A stretch of 64,000 nucleotides of DNA from an uncultured Eubacteriales bacterium (GCA_934446095.1 CAKSDR010000001.1:4893-68892); one strand, 5' to 3'; numbered from the stretch's first letter, positions 1-10,849 are shown. The notes: a model not told the origin generated them from the sequence alone. Translations and numbers: made by a program.

Positions 1-66
1 TCCGCAGGACAGAACTTCAACGCTGTAAAGTCCGCCCGTTCCTTTTACTATTCTTCCTTTTTCCAT
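1..66 (-). CDS. rsgA: Ribosome small-subunit-dependent GTPase RsgA/YloQ, N-terminal 22 codons (runs off window start)
   Basis: Reverse-strand ATG at 66 opens MEKGRIVKGTGGLYSVEVLSCG, which resembles an RsgA N-terminus. rsgA conventionally follows prkC. Only 22 codons are visible. Confidence 0.5.
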   Translation of the reverse strand, partial: MEKGRIVKGTGGLYSVEVLSCG

Positions 67-72
67 TGCAGG

Positions 73-1821
73 TTAAGTTTCAACAGGTTCATCGGAATTA
101 CCCATGTCGCTGTTGGTGTCGGGATTGTTTTCATTGCGGTCCTCCGGCGGAGTTGTTTCTTTCTTCCCCAAACTTACGGTAAGGTTTGCTTTTGTGAGGT
201 TTTCATAAACTGTCTGGCCTACGGACAGACTGGATTTTATAACCGTCCCTTCGGGTGAAGATGATTCTTCATAGGTAATGTCGCCTATTTTAATATTAAG
301 GCGGGTAAGTGTGCGCTTTGCTTCGTCAAGAGACATTCCTACAACGGCGGGGGCAAGTACGGTTTTTATTTCTTTGCCCTTGCTTACATAAATTGTAATT
401 TTATCTCCTGCCGTAACGGTATCTCCCGCTTCGGGTGAGGTTTTGATAACATATCCGTCGAGAACCGTGTCGTCATACTGCTGCACAATTTCACATTCAA
501 GTCCCAGGTTTTCAAGATCAATTTTTGCTTCTCTGTAATCGGTAAGAGCGCAGTTCGGAAGTGAAATGCTGTCGGGACCTTTGTTTACTGTCAAAGTCAG
601 GTCATAATATTGTTTTTCGGCGTCAAGTTTCCTTATGGAATCCGCTTCGGGGTCCTGGGAAGTGATTTCACCGACTTCTTTGTCCGAAAGAGAAACGTAT
701 TTTATATCAAGAACATTGAATTTTTTATTCTTAAGGTCTTCAATAAGATCGTCGCTGTATATTTGGCCGACAAGATTCGGAATCAAAATATCCGAAGAGG
801 TGTCGTTTTTTCCGGAAACCAAAACGTTATATAATATTACGGCGGCAGAAATTATCGCAACGACAAAAAACGCAAGTGTAATTCCGGTGACAACAGGAAA
901 AATCGCAGACTTCCCGTCAAAGAATTTTTTGATGCCGAAACGTTTTTTCGGTTCGTCGTGGGAGTGATCCGTAAATATTGTTTCGGGGTTTGCAAATATT
1001 ACTTCAAGGGCTTTTGCCATTGTTTTACATGATGAAAAACGGCAGACAGGGTCTTTTTCCATAGATTTTAAAATTATTTGTTCAAGTCCGCATGGGATAT
1101 TGGGATTTAATTCCCGAACGGGCTTCGGGGTGTCGTTTATCTGCATCATGGCAACAGCCACGGGGGATTCTGCCGTAAACGGGAGCGTTCCCGAGGTCAT
1201 CTCATAAAGCATTACTCCGACAGAGTATATATCAGAGTAAAAACCTACGGGCTTTCCGCTTGCCTGCTCGGGACTTATATAATTTACGGTGCCTATAGCC
1301 TTATCGGTCATTGTAATTGACTCGGAAGTCGGAATTTTTGCAATTCCGAAATCGGTAACCTTTATTATGCCGTCTTTTGTGAGCATGACATTCTGCGGTT
1401 TCATGTCGCGGTGGATGATATTTTTTGAGTGCGCGTGCTCAAGCGCAGAAAGAATCTGCTTTGTGTAATATACGGCTTCTTTCCACGCAAGAATATGCTT
1501 TGTGTCGATATATTCTTTCAAGGTTATACCGTCGATATATTCCATTACAATATATTTTATGTCATTTTCGATTGCAACGTCGTAAATCTTTACGATATTC
1601 GGATGAGAAAGCATCGAAACGGCTTTCGATTCGTTTATAAAACGCTTTACCGCTTTGGTATCGTTTTTGTATTCATCGTTAAGAATTTTTACGGCGACGG
1701 TTCTGTGCATAACTATATCTTCGGCCTTGAAAACATATGCCATGCCGCCGATGCCGATAAGGCTTTTAATGTTGTATCTTGCGTCGAAAGTTTTGTTTAA
1801 ATACTGTTCATATCTCTTCAT
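73..1821 (-). CDS. prkC: Ser/Thr protein kinase with three C-terminal PASTA domains (PrkC/PknB type)
   Basis: Kinase motifs HRDMKPQN, DFG and SPEQ. A central TM segment is followed by three PASTA-like repeats (PNLVGQ.., LPNCALTDYREAK.., APAVVGMSLDEAK..). Sits in stp-prkC synteny. Confidence 0.95.
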   Translation of the reverse strand: MKRYEQYLNKTFDARYNIKSLIGIGGMAYVFKAEDIVMHRTVAVKILNDEYKNDTKAVKRFINESKAVSMLSHPNIVKIYDVAIENDIKYIVMEYIDGITLKEYIDTKHILAWKEAVYYTKQILSALEHAHSKNIIHRDMKPQNVMLTKDGIIKVTDFGIAKIPTSESITMTDKAIGTVNYISPEQASGKPVGFYSDIYSVGVMLYEMTSGTLPFTAESPVAVAMMQINDTPKPVRELNPNIPCGLEQIILKSMEKDPVCRFSSCKTMAKALEVIFANPETIFTDHSHDEPKKRFGIKKFFDGKSAIFPVVTGITLAFFVVAIISAAVILYNVLVSGKNDTSSDILIPNLVGQIYSDDLIEDLKNKKFNVLDIKYVSLSDKEVGEITSQDPEADSIRKLDAEKQYYDLTLTVNKGPDSISLPNCALTDYREAKIDLENLGLECEIVQQYDDTVLDGYVIKTSPEAGDTVTAGDKITIYVSKGKEIKTVLAPAVVGMSLDEAKRTLTRLNIKIGDITYEESSSPEGTVIKSSLSVGQTVYENLTKANLTVSLGKKETTPPEDRNENNPDTNSDMGNSDEPVET

Positions 1822-1838
1822 AAAAACCCTCCGGACAA

Positions 1839-2594
1839 TTACTGTTTGATAATAATGACTGTGATATTGTCACCGCCGCCGTTTTCGTTTGCGGTGTCAA
1901 TAAGGACAGAGGACGCGGAATTTATGTCATAGTCTTTGTTTTTAAGTATAGTTTCAATAGTTTCGTCGGATACAAAGTTTGTAAGTCCGTCGGAACATAA
2001 AAGAACGTTGTTGTCTTTTACGGGTATTTTGAAAATATCTGCGGATACTTCTTTTTCTATTCCGAGAGCCCTTGTAATAACGTTTTTGTTGGGGTGATCA
2101 AGAGCCTGCTGCGGAGTGATTTTGCCGCTGTCTATAAGCAACTGCACATATGAATGATCGTGCGTGAGCTGCGAAAGTTTTTTGTTTTCCGAAAAAACAT
2201 ATAGTCTGCTGTCACCGATATTTACTATATAATAGTAATCTTTGTATATAAGACATGCGACAAGCGTTGTTCCCATTCCTTTTAAGTCATCATTCTCCAA
2301 AGCCTTTTTAAAAAGCGCTGAGTTTGCGCTTTTGCAGGCGCAGAGAAGCGACTGCTCGCAAAAACTGTCAGCCGGCATTTCCTCGTCTGACATTTTTTTG
2401 AATTTGTCGTAAAGGGAGGTTTTAAAAGTGTCGGCCGCAAGCGTGCTTGCAATGTTTCCGCCGGCAGCGCCGCCCATGCCGTCGCATAGGACGGCAAGAA
2501 AAACATTTTTGTTTTTATCAAGATATCCGGTAAAAAAACTGTCCTGATTTGAAGTTCTTTTTTTCCCAATATCGGTTTTTCCGCAGAATATCAT
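1839..2594 (-). CDS. stp: PP2C-family Ser/Thr phosphatase (Stp/PrpC)
   Basis: MIFCGKTDIGKKRTSNQDSF and LCDGMGG PP2C motifs. I moved the start to the internal ATG at 2594 because the track ORF start at 2699 would overlap rlmN and adds a non-homologous extension. Confidence 0.9.
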   Translation of the reverse strand: MIFCGKTDIGKKRTSNQDSFFTGYLDKNKNVFLAVLCDGMGGAAGGNIASTLAADTFKTSLYDKFKKMSDEEMPADSFCEQSLLCACKSANSALFKKALENDDLKGMGTTLVACLIYKDYYYIVNIGDSRLYVFSENKKLSQLTHDHSYVQLLIDSGKITPQQALDHPNKNVITRALGIEKEVSADIFKIPVKDNNVLLCSDGLTNFVSDETIETILKNKDYDINSASSVLIDTANENGGGDNITVIIIKQ

Positions 2595-2646
2595 AAAACT
2601 AATACCTTTTATCACAGGATAGTGAATAATCCTTTCAGTATGGATT

Positions 2647-3711
2647 TTACAGTTTGTTTTCAAGTTTTGAAGCACGCAACTGGCCGCATGATGCGTCAAT
2701 GTCGGAACCGAGTTTGCGCCTTACAGTGACTGTAATATTGTTTTTTTCCAAAATATGTGAAAAGTTTTTTATGGAATCTGAATAACTTTTGTCAAAATTT
2801 CTGTCTTTTACTTTATTTAAAGGGATAAGATTTACGTGGCACAGCAGTCCGCGCAGCAGTTTTATAAGCATTGTCGCACACTCTTTTGTGTCGTTTTCTC
2901 CTCTTATCATCGTATATTCAAAGGATATGCGGCGTCCGCCGTTTTTTATATGGTTTCTGCATGCCGAAATCAGTTCGTCGAGATTGTATTTTTTTGCTAC
3001 CGGCATCAGTTTTTCACGCATCTTTTGATTTGGAGCATGAAGCGAAATCGAAAGCGTTACCGGAAAATTGTATTTTGAAAACTCAACAATCTTGTCGGCA
3101 ATGCCGCAGGTGGATATAGAAATGTGACGGTATCCTATGCAGAGTCCGTCCTTGTCGTTTACAAGCGTCAGAAATTTTATTACATTGTCAAAATTGTCAA
3201 AAGGCTCACCTATACCCATCATAACAATATTTGATATTTTTTCGCCGGTGTCTTTTGCGGCGGCAATTACCTGCCCGAGAATTTCGGAAGGAGTAAGGTT
3301 TCTTGAAAATCCCGAGATGGTTGACGCGCAGAATCTGCATCCCATCCGGCAACCTGCCTGGGAAGAAATGCATATTGTATTGCCGTGATTATACCGCATA
3401 AATACGCTTTCTATGCATTCTCCGTCATAAAGGGCAAAAAGATATTTTATTGTCCCGTCAATTTTTGATACAAATTTTTTGTAAATTTTCGGAGTGGCAA
3501 TGTATGCTTCTTCGCAAAGTACGGTTCTGAGGTTTGCCGGCAGGTTTGACATGTTGGCAAAAGAATCGACTCCCGACATAAGCCATGAAAAAATCTGCTT
3601 TGCCCTGAAAGATTCGATTTTTATGTTTCTTCTTTGCGAAATATCTGATAAAAATTCTGATATTTCGGGGATAGTCAGACTTAAAATGTCTTTTTTCTGA
3701 AAAGTTTCCAT
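2647..3711 (-). CDS. rlmN: 23S rRNA/tRNA (adenine-C2) methyltransferase RlmN, radical SAM
   Basis: CRMGCRFC radical-SAM cluster motif, a C-terminal catalytic Cys region (DIDASCGQL) and typical length. Confidence 0.95.
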   Translation of the reverse strand: METFQKKDILSLTIPEISEFLSDISQRRNIKIESFRAKQIFSWLMSGVDSFANMSNLPANLRTVLCEEAYIATPKIYKKFVSKIDGTIKYLFALYDGECIESVFMRYNHGNTICISSQAGCRMGCRFCASTISGFSRNLTPSEILGQVIAAAKDTGEKISNIVMMGIGEPFDNFDNVIKFLTLVNDKDGLCIGYRHISISTCGIADKIVEFSKYNFPVTLSISLHAPNQKMREKLMPVAKKYNLDELISACRNHIKNGGRRISFEYTMIRGENDTKECATMLIKLLRGLLCHVNLIPLNKVKDRNFDKSYSDSIKNFSHILEKNNITVTVRRKLGSDIDASCGQLRASKLENKL

Positions 3712-3728
3712 TTTCGGTTCGCTTTCGT

Positions 3729-5066
3729 TTATTTTATTCTTACAAGCTTTGCAACAAAGAAGCCGTCGCTCGAAAAATCAAACGGAAAAATTGTAATCAT
3801 TCCGGCGTTGTCGTTCGGAAGCCCCGTTTTTTCTAACTTAAAATTTTTATTTTCACTTAAAAATTTATTTATTATATCTTCATTTTCACGCTTGTTTAAG
3901 GTACAGGTTGAATAAACTATAAATCCGCCCGCTTTTACGTATGACGATGAGGTTTTTAAAATTTTATACTGTATTTCCGGAAGTTTTTCGGTGCCCTTAA
4001 GAGGCTTGTACCGAATGTCGGGTTTTTTCGCGATAACTCCGAGTCCGGAACATGGAACGTCGCATATTACGGCGTCGCATTTGTTGATAAGAGCGCTGTT
4101 TTCCGTCTTTGCATCGTGCGCACATACACTGATATTTGATATGCCAAGACGCGAAGCGGCATTTGTTATAAGTGAAAGTTTATTTTCATGAAGGTCGCTC
4201 GCGTATATGCGGGCTTTGTTATTGAGGTTTATAGCGCATGAAAAACTCTTTCCTCCGGGACATGCGCATACGTCCGCTATAACTGCATTTTCCGGCGAAA
4301 GGCATGTTGATGAAAGACTTTCTGGATTTATGAGAGACGACGCAAGTTGCGACGAGATGTCCTGAACAAAAAACAGACCCTGTTCAAATCCATATATTTC
4401 TTCGACAGGAAATGATCCCGACAAAACTATTGCGCTGAGGCACACATCACTTGCGCTTGCAATTTTTCCAAGGCTTGAAAGAAGGGCTTCCCTTGTGATT
4501 TTAAGTGTGTTTACCCTTAAAGTTACGCTCGGCGGCAATGCTGCAAAATGATTTGCAATTTTAAGGGCGGTATCTTTTCCGTAGTCGCGTACCCATAAAC
4601 TTATAATTTCTTCCGGTATGCTTGAAAAAACCGATATTCTCGTCAGTTCCTTTTCTTTTGATATTGTTTCGAAAATTTTATCTTTGCTTCTCGCAACGCT
4701 TCTCAAAACTGCGTTTACAAAACTCACCGAACTTTTCGGGCAGTACCTTTTCGCAAGTTCGACAGATTCGCAGCATGCCGCGCTGTCGGGAACTCTGTCC
4801 ATGAACAGAATCTGGTAAATGCCCGTGCGCAAAAGGCACAGTACCATGTTGTCGATTTTTTCGAATTTTACGGAAGAAAATTTTTTAATTATATAATCAA
4901 GAGTAATAAGTTTTTCAACGGTGCCGTAAAAAAGCGCGGTAAAAAAACTTTTGTCAAGTCCTTCGAACTTGTATTTTTTTATTACGGAAGAAACTTCAAG
5001 ATTCGAATATCTTCCGTTTTTTATGCTTGAGTTTACTGATAGTAGCGCGGCTTGTCGTGGAGTCAA
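3729..5066 (-). CDS. rsmB: 16S rRNA (cytosine967-C5) methyltransferase RsmB/Sun
   Basis: NusB-like N-terminus plus methyltransferase motifs DVCACPGGKS, CDVPCSGLG and YSTCT. fmt-rsmB synteny. Confidence 0.9.
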   Translation of the reverse strand: MTPRQAALLSVNSSIKNGRYSNLEVSSVIKKYKFEGLDKSFFTALFYGTVEKLITLDYIIKKFSSVKFEKIDNMVLCLLRTGIYQILFMDRVPDSAACCESVELAKRYCPKSSVSFVNAVLRSVARSKDKIFETISKEKELTRISVFSSIPEEIISLWVRDYGKDTALKIANHFAALPPSVTLRVNTLKITREALLSSLGKIASASDVCLSAIVLSGSFPVEEIYGFEQGLFFVQDISSQLASSLINPESLSSTCLSPENAVIADVCACPGGKSFSCAINLNNKARIYASDLHENKLSLITNAASRLGISNISVCAHDAKTENSALINKCDAVICDVPCSGLGVIAKKPDIRYKPLKGTEKLPEIQYKILKTSSSYVKAGGFIVYSTCTLNKRENEDIINKFLSENKNFKLEKTGLPNDNAGMITIFPFDFSSDGFFVAKLVRIK

Positions 5067-5086
5067 AACGGGTACCTCTTTCTTTG

Positions 5087-5794
5087 TTATCTTTTTCTGT
5101 TGCCGCTGCCGGAAACCAAAATTATGAGCCTTAAAAGGTTCGCAAGAGAAACGAAAAGAGCCGCAACATAGGTAAGTGCCGCCGCACGAAGGGTTTTCCG
5201 GGCGGCAGAAATATCGTCGCCGTTCATATATGAACAGCCTTTTATTGCCTCCATTGCCCGTGCGCTCGCATTGAATTCGACCGGAAGCGTAACAAGCTGA
5301 AATAAGGTTGCAACAGCGAATGCGGCAACGCCGATTAAGGCAAGATTAAATGCGTCAAGAATTATTCCGAGAATTACGAGAGGCATTGCAATGTTGGAAC
5401 TTACGGAGCACAAAGGAATTATGGCCGTGCGTATTTTAACCGGGGTATATCCCTTTGCAAATTGCACTGCGTGGCCTGCTTCGTGACATGCAACGCCGAT
5501 TGCGGCAGCGCTTGACGAAGAATATACGCTGTCGGAAAGATATATTTTGTTCGTTCTCGGATCATAGCAGTCTGTAAGATTGCCGTTTATATGTTCGATG
5601 GCAACGCCGGAAACGCCGTTTTTTTCAAGAACCATTCTTGCGGCGTCAGCTGCTGAAATATGCGAACTTGTCTGTACTGACGAATATTTTTTAAATGTTA
5701 TGGATACGTTCATCTGTGCCCACATCGCAAAAAGTACGGCGGGCAGAACAAGAACAAAATATGAAGAATAATAATCGAATCCCATAAATATCAC
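5087..5794 (-). CDS. Membrane zinc metallopeptidase, YugP-like
   Basis: HEAGHAVQ zinc-binding motif flanked by TM segments, about 230 aa. Confidence 0.75.
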   Translation of the reverse strand: MIFMGFDYYSSYFVLVLPAVLFAMWAQMNVSITFKKYSSVQTSSHISAADAARMVLEKNGVSGVAIEHINGNLTDCYDPRTNKIYLSDSVYSSSSAAAIGVACHEAGHAVQFAKGYTPVKIRTAIIPLCSVSSNIAMPLVILGIILDAFNLALIGVAAFAVATLFQLVTLPVEFNASARAMEAIKGCSYMNGDDISAARKTLRAAALTYVAALFVSLANLLRLIILVSGSGNRKR

Positions 5795-5808
5795 CTTTCA
5801 AAAAATTG

Positions 5809-6747
5809 TTATGAGAAGATACTTTCAAAACTAAGCTTTCTTCCGTTTATAAGGTCGCCTACCGATAAGGCTTTTGAGCCTTCCGGTTTTATTTTTCTTA
5901 TTTTTATGCAGTCGCGTCCGCATGCCACGGTAACGCCGATGCATGATAAAGATATTATTTCGCCGGGTTTTTTGCCATGCTGCATTTTTATATATTCGGT
6001 GTCGTAAATTTTTGCGGGCCTTCCGTCTATATTGCATATAGCGGAGGGAAAAGGCGAAAGTCCGCGGATTTTGTCGTGAACTTTTTTTGCGTCGCAACTA
6101 AAATCTATATGGGTTTCCGGCTTTTCTATTTTCGGAGCGTAGGTTGCAAGTGAATCGTCCTGTTTTATTCTCGGAAAATCACCGTCTTTTATGGCGTTTA
6201 CGGTTTTTACAAGCAGTTCTCCACCCATTTGCGCAAGTCTGTCCCAAAGTTCACCGACGGTTTCGTTTTCACCTATTTCGGTTTTCTTTGTAAATATAAT
6301 ATCTCCGGTATCAAGGGAGGTGTCCATGAACATTGTTGTAATGCCGGTAGCGGTTTTTCCGTCAATTACCGCCCGCTGTATAGGCGCGGCGCCCCTGTAT
6401 TCCGGCAGGAGAGAACCGTGAACGTTGATGCAGCCGTATTTAGGATAATTTATAACATATTCCGGAAGCAGTTTTCCATAAGCGACAACCGTTATTATAT
6501 CGGGCTGCAGCAGCGCCAAAAGATCTGCAATCGCGTCGTTTTTTAAAGTAGCCGGCTGATATACGGGAAGGGCTTTGGAATTTGCGTATTCCTTTACCGG
6601 GGAGTATGCGATTTTAAGCCCGCGCCCCTTTGCCTTGTCTTCTCCCGTAATTACACCGACTATATTTTCTCCGGCTTCAAACAGGCATTTTAAAGAACAC
6701 ATGGCGAAATCAGGCGTTCCCATAAAAAGTATCCTTAATTTTTCCAT
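5809..6747 (-). CDS. fmt: Methionyl-tRNA formyltransferase
   Basis: HGSLLPEYRGAAPIQ motif and N-terminal MGTPDFA. Abuts def with no gap. Confidence 0.95.
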   Translation of the reverse strand: MEKLRILFMGTPDFAMCSLKCLFEAGENIVGVITGEDKAKGRGLKIAYSPVKEYANSKALPVYQPATLKNDAIADLLALLQPDIITVVAYGKLLPEYVINYPKYGCINVHGSLLPEYRGAAPIQRAVIDGKTATGITTMFMDTSLDTGDIIFTKKTEIGENETVGELWDRLAQMGGELLVKTVNAIKDGDFPRIKQDDSLATYAPKIEKPETHIDFSCDAKKVHDKIRGLSPFPSAICNIDGRPAKIYDTEYIKMQHGKKPGEIISLSCIGVTVACGRDCIKIRKIKPEGSKALSVGDLINGRKLSFESIFS

Positions 6748-7239
6748 TTATTCCTCCACGTCTTCGCTGTCAAAAATTTCATAAGCCTTGTCAATGTATA
6801 AAATTCCGTCGAGATGGTCGTACTCATGGCAAAGGCACCTTCCGAAAAGTTCGGTTCCGGTGTATGAGAATTCTTTTCCGTCGGAATTTGTCGCCGTGAC
6901 GGTTACAGTCATGGGACGGATAACGTTTCCGTATTTTCCGGGAATCGAAAGACAGCCTTCAATGCCGTCCTGCGTTCCCTGTTCGCTTATGATTTTCGGA
7001 TTTATAAATTCAATTATCTTATGACCGCCGTTTTCATCTCCGACATCAATTATAAAAATTCTTCTCAGAATACCTACCTGGGGCGCGGCAAGACCTACTC
7101 CGCCTGACTCTATCAGGGTATCTTTCATGTCACCGATAAGGGTTTTTATTTTATCCGTTATTGTATCGACAGGCTTTGATTTTTTTCTTAAAATATCATC
7201 GCCTTCTTTTACGATTTTTAAAAGAGCCAAAACTTTCAC
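6748..7239 (-). CDS. def: Peptide deformylase
   Basis: The three canonical motifs GVGLAAPQ, EGCLS and HEYDHLDG. Confidence 0.95.
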   Translation of the reverse strand: MKVLALLKIVKEGDDILRKKSKPVDTITDKIKTLIGDMKDTLIESGGVGLAAPQVGILRRIFIIDVGDENGGHKIIEFINPKIISEQGTQDGIEGCLSIPGKYGNVIRPMTVTVTATNSDGKEFSYTGTELFGRCLCHEYDHLDGILYIDKAYEIFDSEDVEE

Positions 7240-7260
7240 TTCCTTATTTTATGTTCGGAA

Positions 7261-9786
7261 TCATAAAGAAACCGGATTTATGTCTATCGTAACGAGAACG
7301 TCTTCCGGCAGCCCGGAAAAATCCGAGTACATAGTCTGTAAAAACTGACGCGTTCTTCTTGTATTTTTGCATTTAATTATATATCTTATTCTGTACTGTC
7401 CCTGAAGTTTAAATATGGGAGCCTGAAACGGCCCGTAAACTATGAGGCTTACATCTTTAAATTCTGATTTTGCGTATGTTGATAACTTTTCGCCGAAAAG
7501 TTTCGATGTGTTTATGGCATCCGCCTTGACGGGACTTGAAAAATTTATGCATACAATATCGCAGAACGGAGGAAATACGGAGGCCTTGCGAAGTTTTATT
7601 TCTCCGTCGTAGAACTTTTCGTAATTTTGACTTGAGGCAAGCTGCAGAATCTCGTTGTCCGGACGGTATGTCTGAATAACAGCTCTTCCGCTGTGATTTC
7701 CTCTGCCCGCTCTGCCGAGAACTTGGGTTATAAGTGAAAAAGTTTTTTCATTCGCGCGAAAATCGTTGATGTAAAGAGATGTATCGGCCATGATAACGCC
7801 CACAAGCGTTACATTCTTAAAGTCATGACCTTTTGTTACCATTTGGGTTCCGACAAGAATGTCTGCTTCGTTATTCCTGAATGATGATAAGATTTTTTCA
7901 TGCGACAGTTTTCCGCCTGTGGAATCCGTATCCATTCTCAAAATCCGTGCCGTCGGATAAAAACTTTTCAGTTCTTCCTCCAAAAGCTGCGTTCCGAATC
8001 CCATATATGCGATTTTATCGCTGCCGCACAAGGTACATGTCTTAAAATCCGGAACTGTGTATCCGCAGTAATGACACATAAGGTAACCTTCGCCGGTGCT
8101 TTTTCTGTGGTATGTAAGCGAGACCGAACAGTTCGGACAGCTTGCAACGCCGCCGCAGTTTCTGCAGTTAACGAAAGCATGATACCCGCGCCGGTTTACG
8201 AAAAGTATGGATTGCATGGAATCCTCAAGGTTTTTTTGAAGTTCGTCATGCAAAACCTTGCCTATCATTTTGGGTTTTGCGGATTTTTCGGCATCTGTGT
8301 AAGCAGCTTCGCTTTTCATGTCATATATATAAACCTTCGGAAGACATGCGTTTCCGAAACGTTTTTTCAGTTTTATAAGAGTATACGCGCCGCACTCGGC
8401 CTTGTAGTAACTTTCAATGCTCGGGGTTGCCGAAGATAAAAGCATGAGGCAATTGTTCTTGGCACACCGAAACCGCGCAATATCTCTTGCATGGTATTTC
8501 GGTTTCATGTCTGATTTAAAAGACGTTTCCTGCTCTTCGTCGATTACTATAAGCCCGAGGTTATCAACGGGCGCAAATACTGCGGAGCGGGTACCTATTA
8601 TTACGTCGGCTTTCCCTTCGTTGATTCTTTTCCATGTATCGATTTTTTCCCCTGCGGAAAGCGCGGAATGTATTATGGCGATTCTTCCGGGATACCGTCC
8701 GGCAAATACGGCGATATTCTGACTTGTAAGGGCTATTTCCGGGACGAGAAAAATTACTTTTTTGTTTTCAGCCACAACCCTGTCGGTGAGTTTCAAAATA
8801 ACGTTTGTTTTTCCGCTGCCGGTTATTCCGAACAGCAACGCGGCTTTTGCAGTATGGGAATTATATAAATCCAAAAGTTTGCAAAAAGCGTCGTTTTGTT
8901 CGTCCGAAAGGCGAAAATCCTCCGATTTTGGCATGCTTTCAAAATCATACGGGTTTCTGTACTGCCCGATGTCCACATATTCCGCGCAGCCTTTTTTAAT
9001 AAGTTCTTTTACAACAGATGCGCCGGCATTTGCCAGTTTTAAAACCTCGGACACTGAGCATATTGAATTGCAGTTCTGCAAAACACGAAGGACGTTTTTT
9101 TGCTTCGGCGTGATTTTTTTATTTTGTTCGGATAAACATTCATCGAGTTTGCAATGATCGATTTTAAGTTTTAAGTATCTTACGGTTTTTTCGTTTATGT
9201 GCATATTCGTATCGGAGTGTTTTTCGAGAATTCCGAGCCGGCACAGAGAGTTTGCGCATACTTTTGCTCCCGAGCCGAAATTTTTAGTAAGGTCGAATGA
9301 GGAAACTTTTGAATTTCTTTTTATATATTCGACTATTTCGCACGCAGCCTGATTTAGGGAATCATAAGTTTTGCCTGAAATTACGGTGTCTTTTTTTATT
9401 TCAAAATATTCGTCGGTCTTTATGCTGATACCTGCCGGCATCACCGTTTTTACTGCTTCTCCAACGGTGCAAATGCACATTTCCTTGATATACATGCAAA
9501 GATCCAGCAGGTCGTCCTTTAAAAACACCCCGTCCCGCTGTACCCAGCTCAGCGGCTTTGCCTTGTCAAATTTCGGAGCGTCATATAAACTTGAAACGAC
9601 GGCGGTTTTGATTGAATTTCCCATGCCGAACGGAACGGTTGCAATGCAGCCGCGCTTTATATATTCTCTGAAATTTTCCGGAACAAAATATTCGTATTCT
9701 TTGTCGATTTTATACGGAGAAGAAAGAATATACACGCCGGCATAAAGATTTTTGCATGTTTGTTCATCGCATCTTTGCTCGGACAT
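7261..9786 (-). CDS. priA: Primosomal replication-restart helicase PriA
   Basis: Walker A GITGSGKT, DEEQ box and a Cys-rich zinc-binding insert (CRNCGGVASCPNCS..CHYCG..CTLCGS). Confidence 0.95.
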   Translation of the reverse strand: MSEQRCDEQTCKNLYAGVYILSSPYKIDKEYEYFVPENFREYIKRGCIATVPFGMGNSIKTAVVSSLYDAPKFDKAKPLSWVQRDGVFLKDDLLDLCMYIKEMCICTVGEAVKTVMPAGISIKTDEYFEIKKDTVISGKTYDSLNQAACEIVEYIKRNSKVSSFDLTKNFGSGAKVCANSLCRLGILEKHSDTNMHINEKTVRYLKLKIDHCKLDECLSEQNKKITPKQKNVLRVLQNCNSICSVSEVLKLANAGASVVKELIKKGCAEYVDIGQYRNPYDFESMPKSEDFRLSDEQNDAFCKLLDLYNSHTAKAALLFGITGSGKTNVILKLTDRVVAENKKVIFLVPEIALTSQNIAVFAGRYPGRIAIIHSALSAGEKIDTWKRINEGKADVIIGTRSAVFAPVDNLGLIVIDEEQETSFKSDMKPKYHARDIARFRCAKNNCLMLLSSATPSIESYYKAECGAYTLIKLKKRFGNACLPKVYIYDMKSEAAYTDAEKSAKPKMIGKVLHDELQKNLEDSMQSILFVNRRGYHAFVNCRNCGGVASCPNCSVSLTYHRKSTGEGYLMCHYCGYTVPDFKTCTLCGSDKIAYMGFGTQLLEEELKSFYPTARILRMDTDSTGGKLSHEKILSSFRNNEADILVGTQMVTKGHDFKNVTLVGVIMADTSLYINDFRANEKTFSLITQVLGRAGRGNHSGRAVIQTYRPDNEILQLASSQNYEKFYDGEIKLRKASVFPPFCDIVCINFSSPVKADAINTSKLFGEKLSTYAKSEFKDVSLIVYGPFQAPIFKLQGQYRIRYIIKCKNTRRTRQFLQTMYSDFSGLPEDVLVTIDINPVSL

Positions 9787-9911
9787 ACTTTTTCCTCCTT
9801 TTAAACCGTTATTTTGATACGCATATAAATGCAGACAAGGCTGCGGGCATAGAATGCTTTTAAAAGCGAAAATGCGCAGCCTTATATTTTTATTTTAATT
9901 TGAAAGCGCTG

Positions 9912-10193
9912 TTATTCAATGCCGTTAAGCCCTGCGTTAAGGGCCTTTTCAAGAGAGGTTTCTTCAAGTTTTATATCTCCCGACGCAATTTTATTTATAG
10001 CAATTTTTATTGGTTTTTCTTCAAGAAGTTCTTTTTTTGTGACAAGGGTGCTGTCGCAAAGTGCAGAATCGGGATTTTCAAGTTCCTTTTCACATAAATT
10101 TGTAATATACCTTGCGCTTTTTGCTGCTGCTATAACCAGTATATATCTGTTGAATTTTCCTTTTGTAAGCTGTTGTATTGATGGTTTTACCAT
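9912..10193 (-). CDS. rpoZ: DNA-directed RNA polymerase omega subunit
   Basis: 93 aa. N-terminal PSIQQLTKGKFNRYILVIAAAKSARYI is RpoZ-like. gmk-rpoZ synteny. Confidence 0.8.
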   Translation of the reverse strand: MVKPSIQQLTKGKFNRYILVIAAAKSARYITNLCEKELENPDSALCDSTLVTKKELLEEKPIKIAINKIASGDIKLEETSLEKALNAGLNGIE

Positions 10194-10234
10194 GATTTTC
10201 GGTTCTCCTTATGATTTAAATTATTAATTATCTA

Positions 10235-10849
10235 TTAGTCGTCAAAATAAGATTTTATAATATCGTATCTGTTGAACGGGGTAAGACACGAGGCCCTTAC
10301 AGCCGCAAAAAAGTCATCGGCGGCTTCTTTTATACGGCCGTGTTTGTTTAAGATTATATAGTCGTATAAAAGCGCGGAGGAAAGTTCGTGCGACGCAATT
10401 TTGAGCCTGTTGCATATGGTTTGCTCGTTTTCGGTGTTTCTTCCGCGAAGCCTTTTTTCGAGTTCGGCGCGGCTTTCCGGTGTTATAAATATAAATACTG
10501 CGCCGGGGAAAATTTTCTTTATCTGCATCGCGCCCTGAACGTCTATTTCAAGTATTACGTTTTTGCCCTTGTTAAGGTTTTCATTTACAAAGTCAAGCGG
10601 CGTTCCGTAATAATTTCCGTTATACTTTGCGTGTTCCACAAATCCTGAGGCTTTTATTTTGTTTTCAAACTCTTTTTTCGTTATGAAAAAATAATTTTTT
10701 CCGTCTATCTCGCCTTCACGCGGTTTTCTTGTGGTTGCGGAAACGGAATATATAAAAGAGTCGTTTTTAAGAATTTCTTTAAGAAGCGTACCTTTGCCGG
10801 CACCTGACGGACCTGATACAACAACTAATTTTCCAAGGGTTTTCTTCAT
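10235..10849 (-). CDS. gmk: Guanylate kinase
   Basis: P-loop GPSGAGKGT and [11 protein letters not shown] motif. Confidence 0.95.
   Translation of the reverse strand: MKKTLGKLVVVSGPSGAGKGTLLKEILKNDSFIYSVSATTRKPREGEIDGKNYFFITKKEFENKIKASGFVEHAKYNGNYYGTPLDFVNENLNKGKNVILEIDVQGAMQIKKIFPGAVFIFITPESRAELEKRLRGRNTENEQTICNRLKIASHELSSALLYDYIILNKHGRIKEAADDFFAAVRASCLTPFNRYDIIKSYFDD

Noticed and set aside
1839-2699. Long form of the PP2C phosphatase ORF (start at 2699).
   Set aside because: It would overlap the rlmN 3' end by 53 nt and adds 35 non-homologous residues. The internal ATG at 2594 gives the canonical MIFCGKTDIG.. PP2C N-terminus.
9836-9884. 9-bp inverted repeat aaggctgcg...cgcagcctt between rpoZ and priA, considered as a terminator.
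   Set aside because: The loop is about 31 nt and no U-tract follows on the transcribed (minus) strand. It is more likely an incidental or processing hairpin within the operon.
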